This document shows, in pieces, positions 9,722 to 20,586 of a DNA stretch of 64,000 bases (positions are counted from its first letter, which is position 1; every line of letters starts with the position of its first letter). This stretch comes from Gammaproteobacteria bacterium (GTDB lineage Bacteria > Pseudomonadota > Gammaproteobacteria > GCA-002705445 > GCA-002716945). The stretch spans positions 766,575 through 830,574 of the forward strand of contig JAYQJW010000002.1 of the NCBI GenBank assembly GCA_038142325.1. The letters are read 5' to 3'. The notes beneath the pieces were generated by a model. That model ran no database searches. It saw only the letters and a list, made by a program, of their open reading frames with translations, and was not told where the DNA came from. Position numbers and translations under genes: made by a program.

Positions 9722-11793
9722 CTGTCCTGACTAACCCCTTTCATAGTTAATTTAACTCTTCCTTGTTTATCTACTTCAAGGACTTTAACTTTTACATTAT
9801 CACCCTCAGAGAGAACATCTTTTACATCTTTAACTCTGTCTTCGCTTATTTGCGATATATGAACAAGTCCATCTTTATTTGGAGTTATTGCTACAAATGC
9901 ACCAAAGTCCATAATTTTTGCAACTTTACCTTCATAAATCTTGTCAACCTGTGGTCCCATTGTAATTTCTTCTATAATTGATTTTGCATGGTCACTTTTG
10001 GATTGATCTGATGCAGCAATTTTAATAATGCCATCATCATTTATATCTATTACTGCTCCTGTTTGTTCAACTATAGATTTGATTACTGCGCCACCTTTAC
10101 CTATTACCTCTGCAATTTTGGATTGATCAACTTTCATGGTTGTATATCTTGGAGCAAACTCTGAGACATCCTCACGAGGCGCACTCAATTCTTTATTCAT
10201 CTCATTGAGAATATGTATTCTTGCGTCTTTAGCCTGATTTAAAGCAGTTTCCATAATTTCAGATGTTATACCATCAATTTTGATATCCATTTGAAGTGCA
10301 TTGATACCTGTTGAGGTACCAGCTACTTTAAAATCCATATCACCTAAATGATCCTCATCACCAAGAATATCAGTTAGTACTACATGTCTATCACCATCTT
10401 TAACTAGACCCATTGCAATACCAGCTACTGGCGCTTTTAAAGGCACGCCTGCATCCATCATTGATAAGCTTGAACCGCATACAGATGCCATAGAACTAGA
10501 ACCATTCGATTCAGTTATTTCTGACACCACCCTTACTGTATAGGGGAAATCATCTTGTGAGGGCATTACAGCCTGTACGCCTCTTCGAGCCAGTTTACCA
10601 TGGCCAATTTCTCTTCTCTTGGGCGAACCAATCATTCCAATCTCACCAACAGAATATGGAGGAAAATTGTAATGAAAAATAAATGAATCTTCAATTCTTC
10701 CTTTCAATGAATCTATAATTTGTGCATCCTTATTAGTTCCAAGTGTAGTTACAACTAGCGCTTGTGTCTCACCCCTGGTGAAAAGAGCAGAACCATGAGT
10801 ACGAGGTAGAACACCTGTTTGTACACTTATAGGTCTGACAGTCATAGTATCTCTGCCATCTATTCTTTTCTCTCCAGATAGAATCCTCTCTCTCACAATA
10901 TCTTTTTTAAGAGAATCAAATACTTTTGAGATTTTATCTTCGTTATCTTCTTCAGTGTTGCATTCTTTGGAAATTACATCATCTTTAAGAGTAGATAATT
11001 TCTCATACCTTTCTTGTTTATTTGTTATTTGATATACAGAGGATATTTGATCTCCATAAGATGATTTTATTAAATTATACAATTCAGAATTGTCTTCTGC
11101 TATTGGTGCCTCTTGTTGAGTAATACCAACTTCTGCAACTAGCTCATCGATGGCATTGATAATGACTTGCATTTTTTGATGTCCATAATTAACAGCATCG
11201 AGCATTTGTTCTTCAGTCAACTGATCAGCTTCAGATTCAACCATGAGAACAGCATTACTAGTACCAGCTACAGTTAAATCAAGTTTAGATGTTGAAAGTT
11301 CACTAGAAGATGGATTCAGGATGTACTGATCATTTATGAAACCAACTTTCACAGCACCTAGTGTTCCATTAAATGGTAGTCCAGCAAGTTTAACCACTGC
11401 AGACGCTGCAATCATTGCAGGGATTTCTGAATCAACTTCCGGGTTGAGAGAAACTAATGTAAGAACAATTTGAACCTCCTGATTGTATGTAGATGCAAAT
11501 AATGGACGTAGAGGTCTATCAATTAGACGGCTTATTAGCGTTTCATTTTCTGTTGGTCTACCTTCTCGTTTAAAAAATCCTCCAGGAATTTTACCAGCAG
11601 CATATGTTTTTTCATTATAATTTACTGTTAATGGGAAAAAATCCCTCTCATTGGGTTCTGATGATGCAACTAATGTAGCTAAAATAACTGTGCCATCAAT
11701 ATCGACTGTTACTGATGAGTTTGCTTGTTTTGCGATGAGGCCTGTCTCAATTTTTACAGATTGAGAGCCTAAATCAAATTTTTTTTTGTGCAT
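9718..11793 (-). CDS. pnp: polyribonucleotide nucleotidyltransferase (PNPase)
   Basis: It has two RNase PH domains, a KH domain and an S1 domain ([17 protein letters not shown]). It is 691 aa and sits in the conserved position after rpsO. Confidence 0.97.
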   Translation of the reverse strand: MHKKKFDLGSQSVKIETGLIAKQANSSVTVDIDGTVILATLVASSEPNERDFFPLTVNYNEKTYAAGKIPGGFFKREGRPTENETLISRLIDRPLRPLFASTYNQEVQIVLTLVSLNPEVDSEIPAMIAASAVVKLAGLPFNGTLGAVKVGFINDQYILNPSSSELSTSKLDLTVAGTSNAVLMVESEADQLTEEQMLDAVNYGHQKMQVIINAIDELVAEVGITQQEAPIAEDNSELYNLIKSSYGDQISSVYQITNKQERYEKLSTLKDDVISKECNTEEDNEDKISKVFDSLKKDIVRERILSGEKRIDGRDTMTVRPISVQTGVLPRTHGSALFTRGETQALVVTTLGTNKDAQIIDSLKGRIEDSFIFHYNFPPYSVGEIGMIGSPKRREIGHGKLARRGVQAVMPSQDDFPYTVRVVSEITESNGSSSMASVCGSSLSMMDAGVPLKAPVAGIAMGLVKDGDRHVVLTDILGDEDHLGDMDFKVAGTSTGINALQMDIKIDGITSEIMETALNQAKDARIHILNEMNKELSAPREDVSEFAPRYTTMKVDQSKIAEVIGKGGAVIKSIVEQTGAVIDINDDGIIKIAASDQSKSDHAKSIIEEITMGPQVDKIYEGKVAKIMDFGAFVAITPNKDGLVHISQISEDRVKDVKDVLSEGDNVKVKVLEVDKQGRVKLTMKGVSQDS

Positions 11794-12062
11794 TATTTTC
11801 TGAGTCCTAGTTCTTTGATTAGCGATTCGTATGATTCAATATCAGTTTTTTTAAGATATTTAATAAGAGATCTTCTTTTCATAATCATTTTAAGCAAACC
11901 TTGTCTAGAGTGATTATCTTTTTTATTCTCTTTAAAGTGATTAGTAAGCTTATTAATATTTTCTGTAAGAAGAGCTATTTGTACTGCACTTGATCCGCAA
12001 TCTTTCTCAGAAGTTTTATGTTTTTCTATAATTCCTGCTTTTGTATTACTATCTAACGCCAT
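11793..12062 (-). CDS. rpsO: 30S ribosomal protein S15
   Basis: It is an 89-aa protein with [41 protein letters not shown]. The stop shares one base with the pnp ATG. Confidence 0.95.
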   Translation of the reverse strand: MALDSNTKAGIIEKHKTSEKDCGSSAVQIALLTENINKLTNHFKENKKDNHSRQGLLKMIMKRRSLIKYLKKTDIESYESLIKELGLRK

Positions 12063-12129
12063 TATATTTTCTTACTTAATTGTTAACGTTGCGATTTTAT
12101 CATGTCCAACAAGTAATACAAACTAAATA

Positions 12130-13008
12130 TCACCTTTTCATCATTCTTTTAGGACATAAATGATCATCTTTAAAAAATCCAACACCATGAAAAATATTTC
12201 TACCACAAATAATCTTATAATATTGGTGTATTTTGATATTTTCTTTTCTTACTATTAATCCATGGTGTAGTTTTTCAACCTCTTCGTCACTACATATAAT
12301 TTCAGGTAAATCATCAAGCATTGTTGAAATATCGATTATGTTTTTTTGATTACTTAGATTTCCAATATCGTCAATTTCAATTGATTTAAATTTCTGAAAC
12401 GGCTCAACACTCAATCTTTTAAGATTAAAAAGGCAAGAATGAATTCCCCATTGGTGACTAATATCCTGTATTAAAGTTCTTATATAAGTCCCAGATGAAC
12501 ATTTTACATTAAATTTTAAAATATCATTATCTAAAGAATTGAACTTAATGTCATATAAATACCTCTTCTTTTCATTTCTTTTGACTATTACATTGTTTCT
12601 AGCATATACATACAATGGTTTACCTTTATACTTACTTGCACTATACATCGGTGGCGCTTGAAGATAATCACCAAGGAAATTATTAAGTGTTTTCCTGATG
12701 ATATCTTTAGTTAGTTTTTTAATTTTTTTTTGCTCATTTCTATACACTTTTGGCTCTATCTCATAATCACCACAATCACTAAAGACACCCAGTTTAGATT
12801 CAATGCTGTAAGTTTTTTTGTCATTTAATAGATAAGGAATATATTTTGTTGCTTGTCCAAAAATTATTGGCAATACACCACTTGCCAACGGATCAAGAAT
12901 GCCAAAAATACCCGCTTTCTTAATGCTAGTCTTATTCTTGAATAAAGAAAGTACTTTATTTGAAGTAATATATTTTTTCTTATTAATTAGAATTGCGCCG
13001 TCAAACAC
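12130..13008 (-). CDS. truB: tRNA pseudouridine-55 synthase
   Basis: It has the motif GILDPLASGVLPIIFGQATK with the catalytic Asp. It occupies the conserved rbfA-truB-rpsO position and has a GTG start. Confidence 0.88.
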   Translation of the reverse strand: MFDGAILINKKKYITSNKVLSLFKNKTSIKKAGIFGILDPLASGVLPIIFGQATKYIPYLLNDKKTYSIESKLGVFSDCGDYEIEPKVYRNEQKKIKKLTKDIIRKTLNNFLGDYLQAPPMYSASKYKGKPLYVYARNNVIVKRNEKKRYLYDIKFNSLDNDILKFNVKCSSGTYIRTLIQDISHQWGIHSCLFNLKRLSVEPFQKFKSIEIDDIGNLSNQKNIIDISTMLDDLPEIICSDEEVEKLHHGLIVRKENIKIHQYYKIICGRNIFHGVGFFKDDHLCPKRMMKR

Positions 13009-13014
13009 AAGTTA

Positions 13015-13344
13015 TTAGTTTAGTGAATCAATTAATTTGTTAATTTTCTGAGCTTTAATATTAGTATCATCATGGATAAACTTTATATCTGGAATGCGCT
13101 TGAGGTGAACATTCCTCGATAAGTGATATTTGATAATAGGTTTAAGAGAATTTATTGTTTTCTCAATTTTTTTATAGTCATCATTTAATGTTGTAAAATA
13201 AACAATTCCACTTCTAATATCTTTTGATACTTTAATGTCCGTAATTGTGACAGTATTTTTAATCTCTGGATTATCGATTCGTGTAAGGATGATGTTTGCA
13301 ATTTCTTTGTGAAGAAGATCTTCAATTTTATTCATCCTGTTCAT
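13015..13344 (-). CDS. rbfA: ribosome-binding factor A
   Basis: It is a 109-aa KH-like protein in the conserved position immediately after infB. Confidence 0.88.
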   Translation of the reverse strand: MNRMNKIEDLLHKEIANIILTRIDNPEIKNTVTITDIKVSKDIRSGIVYFTTLNDDYKKIEKTINSLKPIIKYHLSRNVHLKRIPDIKFIHDDTNIKAQKINKLIDSLN

Positions 13345-15493
13345 CTATACAGAGCGTTTAATTTCCGTTCTTTTATACACTTCTATTTGATCACCTGCTT
13401 TAATATCATTATAGTCTTTAACCCCTATTCCACATTCTGTGCCACTTTTTACTTCTTTCACGTCCTCTTTAAATCTTCTCAAAGATTCAAGTTCACCCTC
13501 ATATATAACAGTATTATCACGCAAAACTCTAATAGGTTGATCTTTCTGAATTGTTCCCTCTGAAACAATTGATCCTGCAATAGCACCAAGCTTGGATGAA
13601 CGAAATACATCTTTTACAGTTGCGAAACCTATAATTTCTTCCTTAATTTCAGGCTCTAATTCACCTGATAAATCATATTTTACATTATCTATTAAATCGT
13701 AAATAATACTGAAATATTTGAGTGGTATTTCATGAGATTCAACAAGTTTTTTAGCTTTACTATCTGCCCTAACATTAAACCCTATAACATGAGCACCTGC
13801 ACTTACAGCTAAGTTAATATCTGATTCAGTTATTCCTCCGACTCCACTATATACAATATCAAGGCCAACATCAGGATTTTCGATAGACTGGAGACTGCTG
13901 ATAATCGCTTCACAGCTTCCCTGCACATCAGTTTTAATAAGATAGTTAATAATTTTTTTATTGTTGCTGGCATCACCAAAGGACTCTATTGAAAAGTTTT
14001 TTTGCTTCGATTGCATATCAATTTCTTTTTGTTTTTCTCTCTCTTGACGATGCAATGTCTTTGACTTTTTTCTCATCATCTGTAGATACAAGTTGATCCC
14101 CAACATTCGGTGTTGCCGAAGGACCTGTTATCACAGCAGGTGTACTCGGACCTGCGCTCTTTATTGGTTTACCAAATTCATTAAACAAAGCTCTTACTCT
14201 ACCGAAAGTTTGGCCAACAAGTATGAAATCTTTTTGATTTAAAATACCATTTTGAATAAGTATCGTCGCTATTGGACCTTTTCCTTTATCAAGAGAAGAT
14301 TCAATTACTATACCTGTTGCAGGTCCTTGATCATTTGCTTTTAATTCTAATATCTCAGCTTGTAATACAACTGAATCAAGTAAATTATCTACGCCCTCAC
14401 CTGTTAGAGCAGATATAGGTACAAAAATTGTATCGCCACCCCAGTCCTCTGGCACAACGTCATTTGCAGCAAGATCATTTTTAACTTTTTCTTGATCTGC
14501 ATTTTCTTTGTCAATTTTATTTATTGCAACAATCATAGGAACACTAGCAGCTTTTGAATGCTCTATTGCCTCTTTGGTTTGAGGCATTACGCCGTCATCA
14601 GCAGAAACAACTAAAATAACTATATCAGTAACTTGCGCGCCTCTTGCACGCATACTTGTGAAAGCTGCGTGTCCTGGAGTATCTAGAAATGCAATTTCAC
14701 CATTATTAGTTTTAACTTTATATGCACCGATATGCTGTGTTATCCCTCCAGATTCAGATTCAGTTATTTTAGATTTTCTGATGTAGTCAAGCAATGATGT
14801 TTTTCCGTGATCAACATGACCCATAATTGTGACAATAGGCGCTCTTGGTTTACCCTCAGTAATTTTAATTTTTTGTGTAGTGATTATCTCATCTTCGGAC
14901 TCTTTTATAATAATTGCTTTATGCCCAAGCTCTTCAGTTATAAGAACAGCAGTATCTTGATCCAACGACTGATTAACAGTGGCCATTACTCCTAACCCCA
15001 TCATTTTTGCAATTAAATCCGAGTTTTTTAATGCCATTTGACCTGCTAACTCGGCAACAGTCATAGATTGCTTAATTTTTACATCTCTAACAACAGGCTC
15101 AGTTGGTTTTTCAAATTTATGAGTTGATTGAATTTCTTGAACTTTAGGTGTAATTTTTTTATTTTTATCTTTTTTATTTGGATGCTTTAGATGTAATTCT
15201 TTATTTTCCATTTTCTCAATTTTTTCATCCTTATCAACCTTATGTTTTTTTGGAGTTTTTGCTTCGATAGGTTGAGCTTGAGTAGATGGTTTTAATTTAT
15301 TAGCTTTTGGTTTAATAGCTGCCTCATTGGCAGATGTTTCTTTCTTTTCAGTATTAATGGACGGTTTATTTACTGAAGATGATGTTTTAGCAACTATTCT
15401 TCTTTTTCTTTTTACATGAACACCAGAAGACGATGTACTTTTTCTGGAGGATAAAGTATCTGATTTAAGCTTTATATTATCTTTCTCACTCAT
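13345..15493 (-). CDS. infB: translation initiation factor IF-2; frame broken once
   Basis: The G domain is present ([21 protein letters not shown]). The C-terminal piece (ORF 13345-14106) contains ..[11 protein letters not shown]... The frames join within 14026-14046 (T5 g T5 ctctctctc on the plus strand). One base fewer in a T5 run gives ..[13 protein letters not shown].. Confidence 0.95.
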
Positions 15494-16997
15494 TTTCTTC
15501 CTTAAACCAACTTTCTCTCGCCTGCATAATTACTTTACCTGCAGTTTCATTAGATATATCAATAAAGTCTAATAGTTCATCTACAGATAAATCAGCTACA
15601 TCATTGATAGTAAATATATCATTATTTCTGAGTAAAGTTAGTTGATCATCAGTTAAATTATCTAAGTTTTCTAGAGAATTTTTATCATTGATTTCTTTTT
15701 GTTGTTGCTCATACGCTTCTGTTGCTCTTTTTCTAAGCTCCTGAACAAGCTCTTGATCAAAACCATCAATTTCTTCAAGTTCCTCTAGCTCACAGAGAGC
15801 AATTTCTTCTATGCTTGTAAAACCTTCCTCTGCGAGAATCTTCGCAACATCATTGTCAACATTAAGGCTGTTCTGGAACTTAATTGCTGTTTCCTCTTCC
15901 TCTTTTGCATTCTTATCATCGGCTTCGCTCTTGCTCATCACATTCAAATTCCAGCCAGAAAGTTCACTTGCTAACCTAACATTCTGCCCGCCTCTTCCAA
16001 TAGCTTGAGAAAGCTGTTCCTCTGATACAGCTATGTCCATAGATTTACTATTTTCATCGACAACAATAGACAAAACTTCAGCCGGAGACATTGCATTAAT
16101 CACAAATTTTGCTGGATCTTCATCCCAAGGAATTATGTCAATCCTCTCTCCAGCTAGTTCATTAGATACAGACTGTACTCGAGAGCCTCTCATGCCAACA
16201 CAAGCACCGATTGCGTCAAGTTTTGGGTCATTTGATTTCACAGCAATTTTAGCCCTCACTCCTGGATCTCTTGATGCGCCAAGGATTTCAATTATTCCTT
16301 GACCAACTTCAGGAACTTCTATGCTGAAAAGTTCTATCAAGAATTCTGGACATTTTCTTGATATATAAAGCTGCGGACCTCTAGATTCTGATTGAACATC
16401 CATTAAATATCCTCGAATCCTATCACCTGGTTTAATAATTTCTCGTGGTATGAGATTATCTTTAAGTATCATAGCCTCATCAGAGACTCCGCCATTTTCT
16501 ACAGAACTCAAATCAAGATAAACATTATTTTTATCTACTCTTTTAACAATACCAAACAAAAGCTCTCCTATACGAGGAGAATATAGATCAACAATTCTGT
16601 TTCTCTCTGCAGCCTTTAAACGAGATACAATATTTTGTTTTGCGGTTTGTGCCACGATTCTTCCAAACTCAACAGATTCAATTTCTTCCGTTATAAAATC
16701 TCCAGACTGAATTTCAGATTTTTTTTCCTGAGCAATTTCAAGAAGCATTTTCATTTGATATTCATCGTCAATTTCCATTTTATCGACAACTTCCCATCTT
16801 CTATATGTTTTATAAGTACCATCATCTTGATTTATAACTACCTGAACGTCTATTTCATCTTGCGTCTTGTTATCAAGTTTATATTTTTTCTTTACAGCAG
16901 ACGCTAGAGCATGCTCCATTGCGTCAATAATTATTTCTCTATCAACATTTTTTTCATTAGAAACACTGTCAATTATAAGAAGGATGTCTTTATTCAT
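15486..16997 (-). CDS. nusA: transcription termination/antitermination factor NusA
   Basis: It has S1, two KH domains ([12 protein letters not shown]) and C-terminal acidic repeat domains. The TGA stop overlaps the infB start (ATGAGTGA). Confidence 0.95.
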   Translation of the reverse strand: MNKDILLIIDSVSNEKNVDREIIIDAMEHALASAVKKKYKLDNKTQDEIDVQVVINQDDGTYKTYRRWEVVDKMEIDDEYQMKMLLEIAQEKKSEIQSGDFITEEIESVEFGRIVAQTAKQNIVSRLKAAERNRIVDLYSPRIGELLFGIVKRVDKNNVYLDLSSVENGGVSDEAMILKDNLIPREIIKPGDRIRGYLMDVQSESRGPQLYISRKCPEFLIELFSIEVPEVGQGIIEILGASRDPGVRAKIAVKSNDPKLDAIGACVGMRGSRVQSVSNELAGERIDIIPWDEDPAKFVINAMSPAEVLSIVVDENSKSMDIAVSEEQLSQAIGRGGQNVRLASELSGWNLNVMSKSEADDKNAKEEEETAIKFQNSLNVDNDVAKILAEEGFTSIEEIALCELEELEEIDGFDQELVQELRKRATEAYEQQQKEINDKNSLENLDNLTDDQLTLLRNNDIFTINDVADLSVDELLDFIDISNETAGKVIMQARESWFKEENE

Positions 16998-17449
16998 ATC
17001 TTGATCTCCTTTATCAGATTAGCTTTTTTTATATCGCTCATACTTATTTCTATAGTCTGTTTCTTGTCAGAAAGTATTATTAATTCATTTTCAATATAAT
17101 ATTTGCCCGTGAATCGTTTTTGATTATTAAGGTTCCTTTTGAGTTCAACGAACACTTTTTCACCTTGATATTTGATAAAATCTTTTAAATTAAACAGCGG
17201 ACGATTAATACCTGGAGATGATACTTGAATATTAAAATCGTCTTCGAGCATGTTTTCTAACTTGATAAAATTTTTCACTGTATTTGATGTCTCTGCACAA
17301 TCATCTAATGAAATACCATTATCAGATTCAATAATAATCTCAATTGATTTTCCTGATTTTGTTCCAAAAATTTTAACATCAATTGCCTCAATACTTTGAT
17401 TTAACAATTCGTTCAACCTTTCCATAATTCTTTCTTCAATCTGTCTCAT
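16994..17449 (-). CDS. rimP: ribosome maturation factor RimP
   Basis: It is a 151-aa protein containing VSSPGINRPL. It sits in the conserved position between metY and nusA. Confidence 0.85.
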   Translation of the reverse strand: MRQIEERIMERLNELLNQSIEAIDVKIFGTKSGKSIEIIIESDNGISLDDCAETSNTVKNFIKLENMLEDDFNIQVSSPGINRPLFNLKDFIKYQGEKVFVELKRNLNNQKRFTGKYYIENELIILSDKKQTIEISMSDIKKANLIKEIKI

Positions 17450-17460
17450 AAAAAATGCAT

Positions 17461-17482
17461 TAAAATGGCCCCAAATGGAGCC
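17461..17482 (-). terminator. weak hairpin plus U-rich tail between tRNA-fMet and rimP (possible partial terminator or processing site)
   Basis: The minus strand reads GGCTCC-ATTT-GGGGCC (6-bp stem with one G.U pair) followed by ATTTTAATGCATTTTTT. E. coli has a partial terminator at the equivalent place. Confidence 0.3.
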
Positions 17483-17534
17483 TGTGGCTATTGTATCTCA
17501 AAAAACGATATATATGAAATTTATTAGAGGTTTT

Positions 17535-17611
<77 letters not shown>

Positions 17612-17650
17612 TTGAATCGAAGTCTATAATTTATAATGTATTTTTTCAAG

Positions 17651-19081
17651 TTAAATGCTTATCGGTGATAAGATACTCGTTAAATACTGAGATAAATCAA
17701 ATATCAAATAAGGGAAAATTCCTAAGCCCAAAAGTAGAAGCACATTGATTGATAGGATAATGTTATTTTTTGAATATGTTGCAATCATGTTAACTCGTTC
17801 TTCAAAATAAATACTTTTAATCACTTTCAAATAGTAATATGCGGATATAACAGTCATTAACACTACAATTACGGATAGGAAAACAAGAGATTGATTAACA
17901 AGTGTCTGTATTACTATTAGCTTAGCATGAAATCCAATAAATGGAGGTATTCCAGCAGAAGAGAGCATTGTAAATAAAATTAATATTGCATAGTAAGGAT
18001 GATTTTTTGATAATCCTGCAATATCCGAGATATTTTCTACACCAGCACTATTTGATGTAATATGTGTAATCACTCCAAAAGAAGCAAGAGCTGTAAAAGA
18101 ATACACAATTGTATAGTACAGAGATGCCTGAATTCCTCCATCAGAAACAAGGCCCAATGATAATAATATAAAACCAATATTCGATATCGCAGAATATGCG
18201 AGTAATCTTTTAATGTTTTCTTGCGTTAAAGCAAAAATGCTACCAATAATTATTGACAGCACGCCAACAAAAATTAAAATATCAGACCAAATATATTCTA
18301 GCTCTAAAAATGGAATATAATAGAGCTTTAAAAATACTATGAAAACTGCAATTTTAGGTACTGTACTCAAGAGAACAGTTGTGCTGATTAGTGAGCCTTG
18401 ATATATGTCTGGGACCCACATGTGAAATGGTGCTGCACCAAATTTAAAACATAGACTTGCAGTAATGAACATAATGCCAAATGTTACTCCAAGATACTCA
18501 ATGCTAGTGTTGTTCATACTGTTCAATTGGTTTGCAATTTCAAAATAATTTATTGAACCTGTGAAACCATAGATTAGAGATATTCCAAAAAGAAGTATCC
18601 CGGACGACATAGCGCCAAGTACATAGTATTTGATGGCAGCCTCAGAAGATAAACCTGATTTTTTATTAAATCCGATTAAAGCATATAAAGCTAATGATAA
18701 TAATTCAATTCCTAGATACAGCATTAATAAACTGTAAGCTGAAATCATGACCATAGTACCTATTATTCCTAAAATAGATATCGTGAAGTATTCAATTTTA
18801 AGAGTCTTTATATAAGCGAGATGCTTATATGAGTAATGAAATACAATTATAGAGAATACTAAAAGAATAAATTTCAATAAATTAATAAACCTACTTGATT
18901 CATAGGCATCATAGTTTATGTATGTAGAGAAATTAATTGAGCAATATGCTGCAAGAATAAGTAACAGTTGTATTAGAAAGTATGAAAAAAATTTGTTCTT
19001 TTGAAGATACAAATCAATGATGATAACAAACATCAGTCCTATAGAAAGGATAATTTCGGGCATAAGTAATAAACTCATCAT
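17651..19081 (-). CDS. nuoN: NADH-quinone oxidoreductase subunit N
   Basis: It is a 476-aa polytopic antiporter-like subunit and the last gene of the nuo operon. Confidence 0.9.
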   Translation of the reverse strand: MMSLLLMPEIILSIGLMFVIIIDLYLQKNKFFSYFLIQLLLILAAYCSINFSTYINYDAYESSRFINLLKFILLVFSIIVFHYSYKHLAYIKTLKIEYFTISILGIIGTMVMISAYSLLMLYLGIELLSLALYALIGFNKKSGLSSEAAIKYYVLGAMSSGILLFGISLIYGFTGSINYFEIANQLNSMNNTSIEYLGVTFGIMFITASLCFKFGAAPFHMWVPDIYQGSLISTTVLLSTVPKIAVFIVFLKLYYIPFLELEYIWSDILIFVGVLSIIIGSIFALTQENIKRLLAYSAISNIGFILLSLGLVSDGGIQASLYYTIVYSFTALASFGVITHITSNSAGVENISDIAGLSKNHPYYAILILFTMLSSAGIPPFIGFHAKLIVIQTLVNQSLVFLSVIVVLMTVISAYYYLKVIKSIYFEERVNMIATYSKNNIILSINVLLLLGLGIFPYLIFDLSQYLTSILSPISI

Positions 19082-20583
19082 GGCCTTATTCCCATCTGTA
19101 TTGAATAAATAATGTTATTTGTTGACGAATCAATAAGTTTAAACAGAGGATCAGGCGAAACACCCAGATATATTACAAAAATAATTAGAATACTTAAGAC
19201 TATCTTTTCATTAAATCTAAATTCAGAGTAGCCTTGAGTGTTCTTTGGGTTGTCACCAAACAAAACATTCTTACCTAATTTAAGCGAGTATGATGCAGAT
19301 AATATTAAAGAAAGTGCTGCTAGTAAACCAAACATGAAGCTTGAGGCCAAAGAGGAGCTAATTACTAGAAACTCACCCACAAAACCAGATGTGCCTGGTA
19401 GCCCTGAGTTAGCCATGAGAAAAAAAATCATCATGAAAGAAAATATTGGCATGAATTGCGCTGCACCAAAATTATCTTTTATGAGACGAGAATGTGAATG
19501 CTTATATAAAATTCCGATACAGAAAAAAAGAGCAGCAGAAATCAAGCCATGGGAGATCATTTGAATCATAGCTCCTTCAAGACCGATTATTGCAGCAGCT
19601 GTATTTGTGCTAAGAAGGTTAAATACTAGAAATATACCCATAGTCACAAAGCCCATATGAGCAACCGATGAATATGCTATGAGTTTTTTCATATCTTCTT
19701 GCGCGTATGCCACAAAACTAATATAGATTATTGCAACTAATGATAGATAGATCATATATTCACTATATAAAATACCAGCCTCAGTTACGGTAGGTAACAT
19801 AAATCTTATCATTCCATAACCACCAACTTTAAGTAAAACAGCAGCCAGAATAACTGATCCACTTGTTGGGGCTTCCACATGTGCATCAGGTAGCCATGTG
19901 TGAACAGGCCACATAGGAATTTTAATTCCAAAACCAATCAAAAATGCTAGAAGAATTAAGGTTTGTTCTTGGAGAGATAAATTTAGACTATAAAAATCTT
20001 GTATTGCAAATGATTGAGCTAAATTTCCAAGATAAATCAAGGATACGAGCATTAAAACTGAGCCAAATAAAGTGTATAGAAACAATTTTAAAGTTGCATA
20101 TTTTCTATTAGGACCACCCCATATGCCGATGATTAAAAAAAGAGGTATCAGTAGACTTTCAAAAAATATATAAAATAAAATACTATCAAATGCAGAGAAT
20201 GTGCCCATCAACAAACCTTCCAAAATTAGAAAGTAACCTAAATATGATGATTTGTTATCGTATTGCTCTGATTGCGTAAAAATCACAATTAAAAAAATTA
20301 TAAAAGTGGTTAGTATAATTAAAGAAACGGAAATGCCATCAACAGCTAAATAATAAAAAATATTGAAGCCAGATATCCACTGAACTTTTTCTACAAATTG
20401 TAAATTAATAGAGTCGCTATCATAATATTGAAGAAGTTGTATAGAAATAATTAAAACTAATATGGTTGTAACTAAAGCAATGGTTGAGGAAGTTGATTTA
20501 CTTAAGTTATTAAAAGCTACCAGCGCAACCCCTACTATAATTGGGAACCAAATTAAAATACTAAGAATAGGATAATCAATCAT
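19078..20583 (-). CDS. nuoM: NADH-quinone oxidoreductase subunit M
   Basis: It is a 501-aa antiporter-like subunit (..WLPDAHVEAPTSGSVILAAVLLK..) between nuoL and nuoN. Confidence 0.92.
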   Translation of the reverse strand: MIDYPILSILIWFPIIVGVALVAFNNLSKSTSSTIALVTTILVLIISIQLLQYYDSDSINLQFVEKVQWISGFNIFYYLAVDGISVSLIILTTFIIFLIVIFTQSEQYDNKSSYLGYFLILEGLLMGTFSAFDSILFYIFFESLLIPLFLIIGIWGGPNRKYATLKLFLYTLFGSVLMLVSLIYLGNLAQSFAIQDFYSLNLSLQEQTLILLAFLIGFGIKIPMWPVHTWLPDAHVEAPTSGSVILAAVLLKVGGYGMIRFMLPTVTEAGILYSEYMIYLSLVAIIYISFVAYAQEDMKKLIAYSSVAHMGFVTMGIFLVFNLLSTNTAAAIIGLEGAMIQMISHGLISAALFFCIGILYKHSHSRLIKDNFGAAQFMPIFSFMMIFFLMANSGLPGTSGFVGEFLVISSSLASSFMFGLLAALSLILSASYSLKLGKNVLFGDNPKNTQGYSEFRFNEKIVLSILIIFVIYLGVSPDPLFKLIDSSTNNIIYSIQMGIRP

Positions 20584-20586
20584 TTA

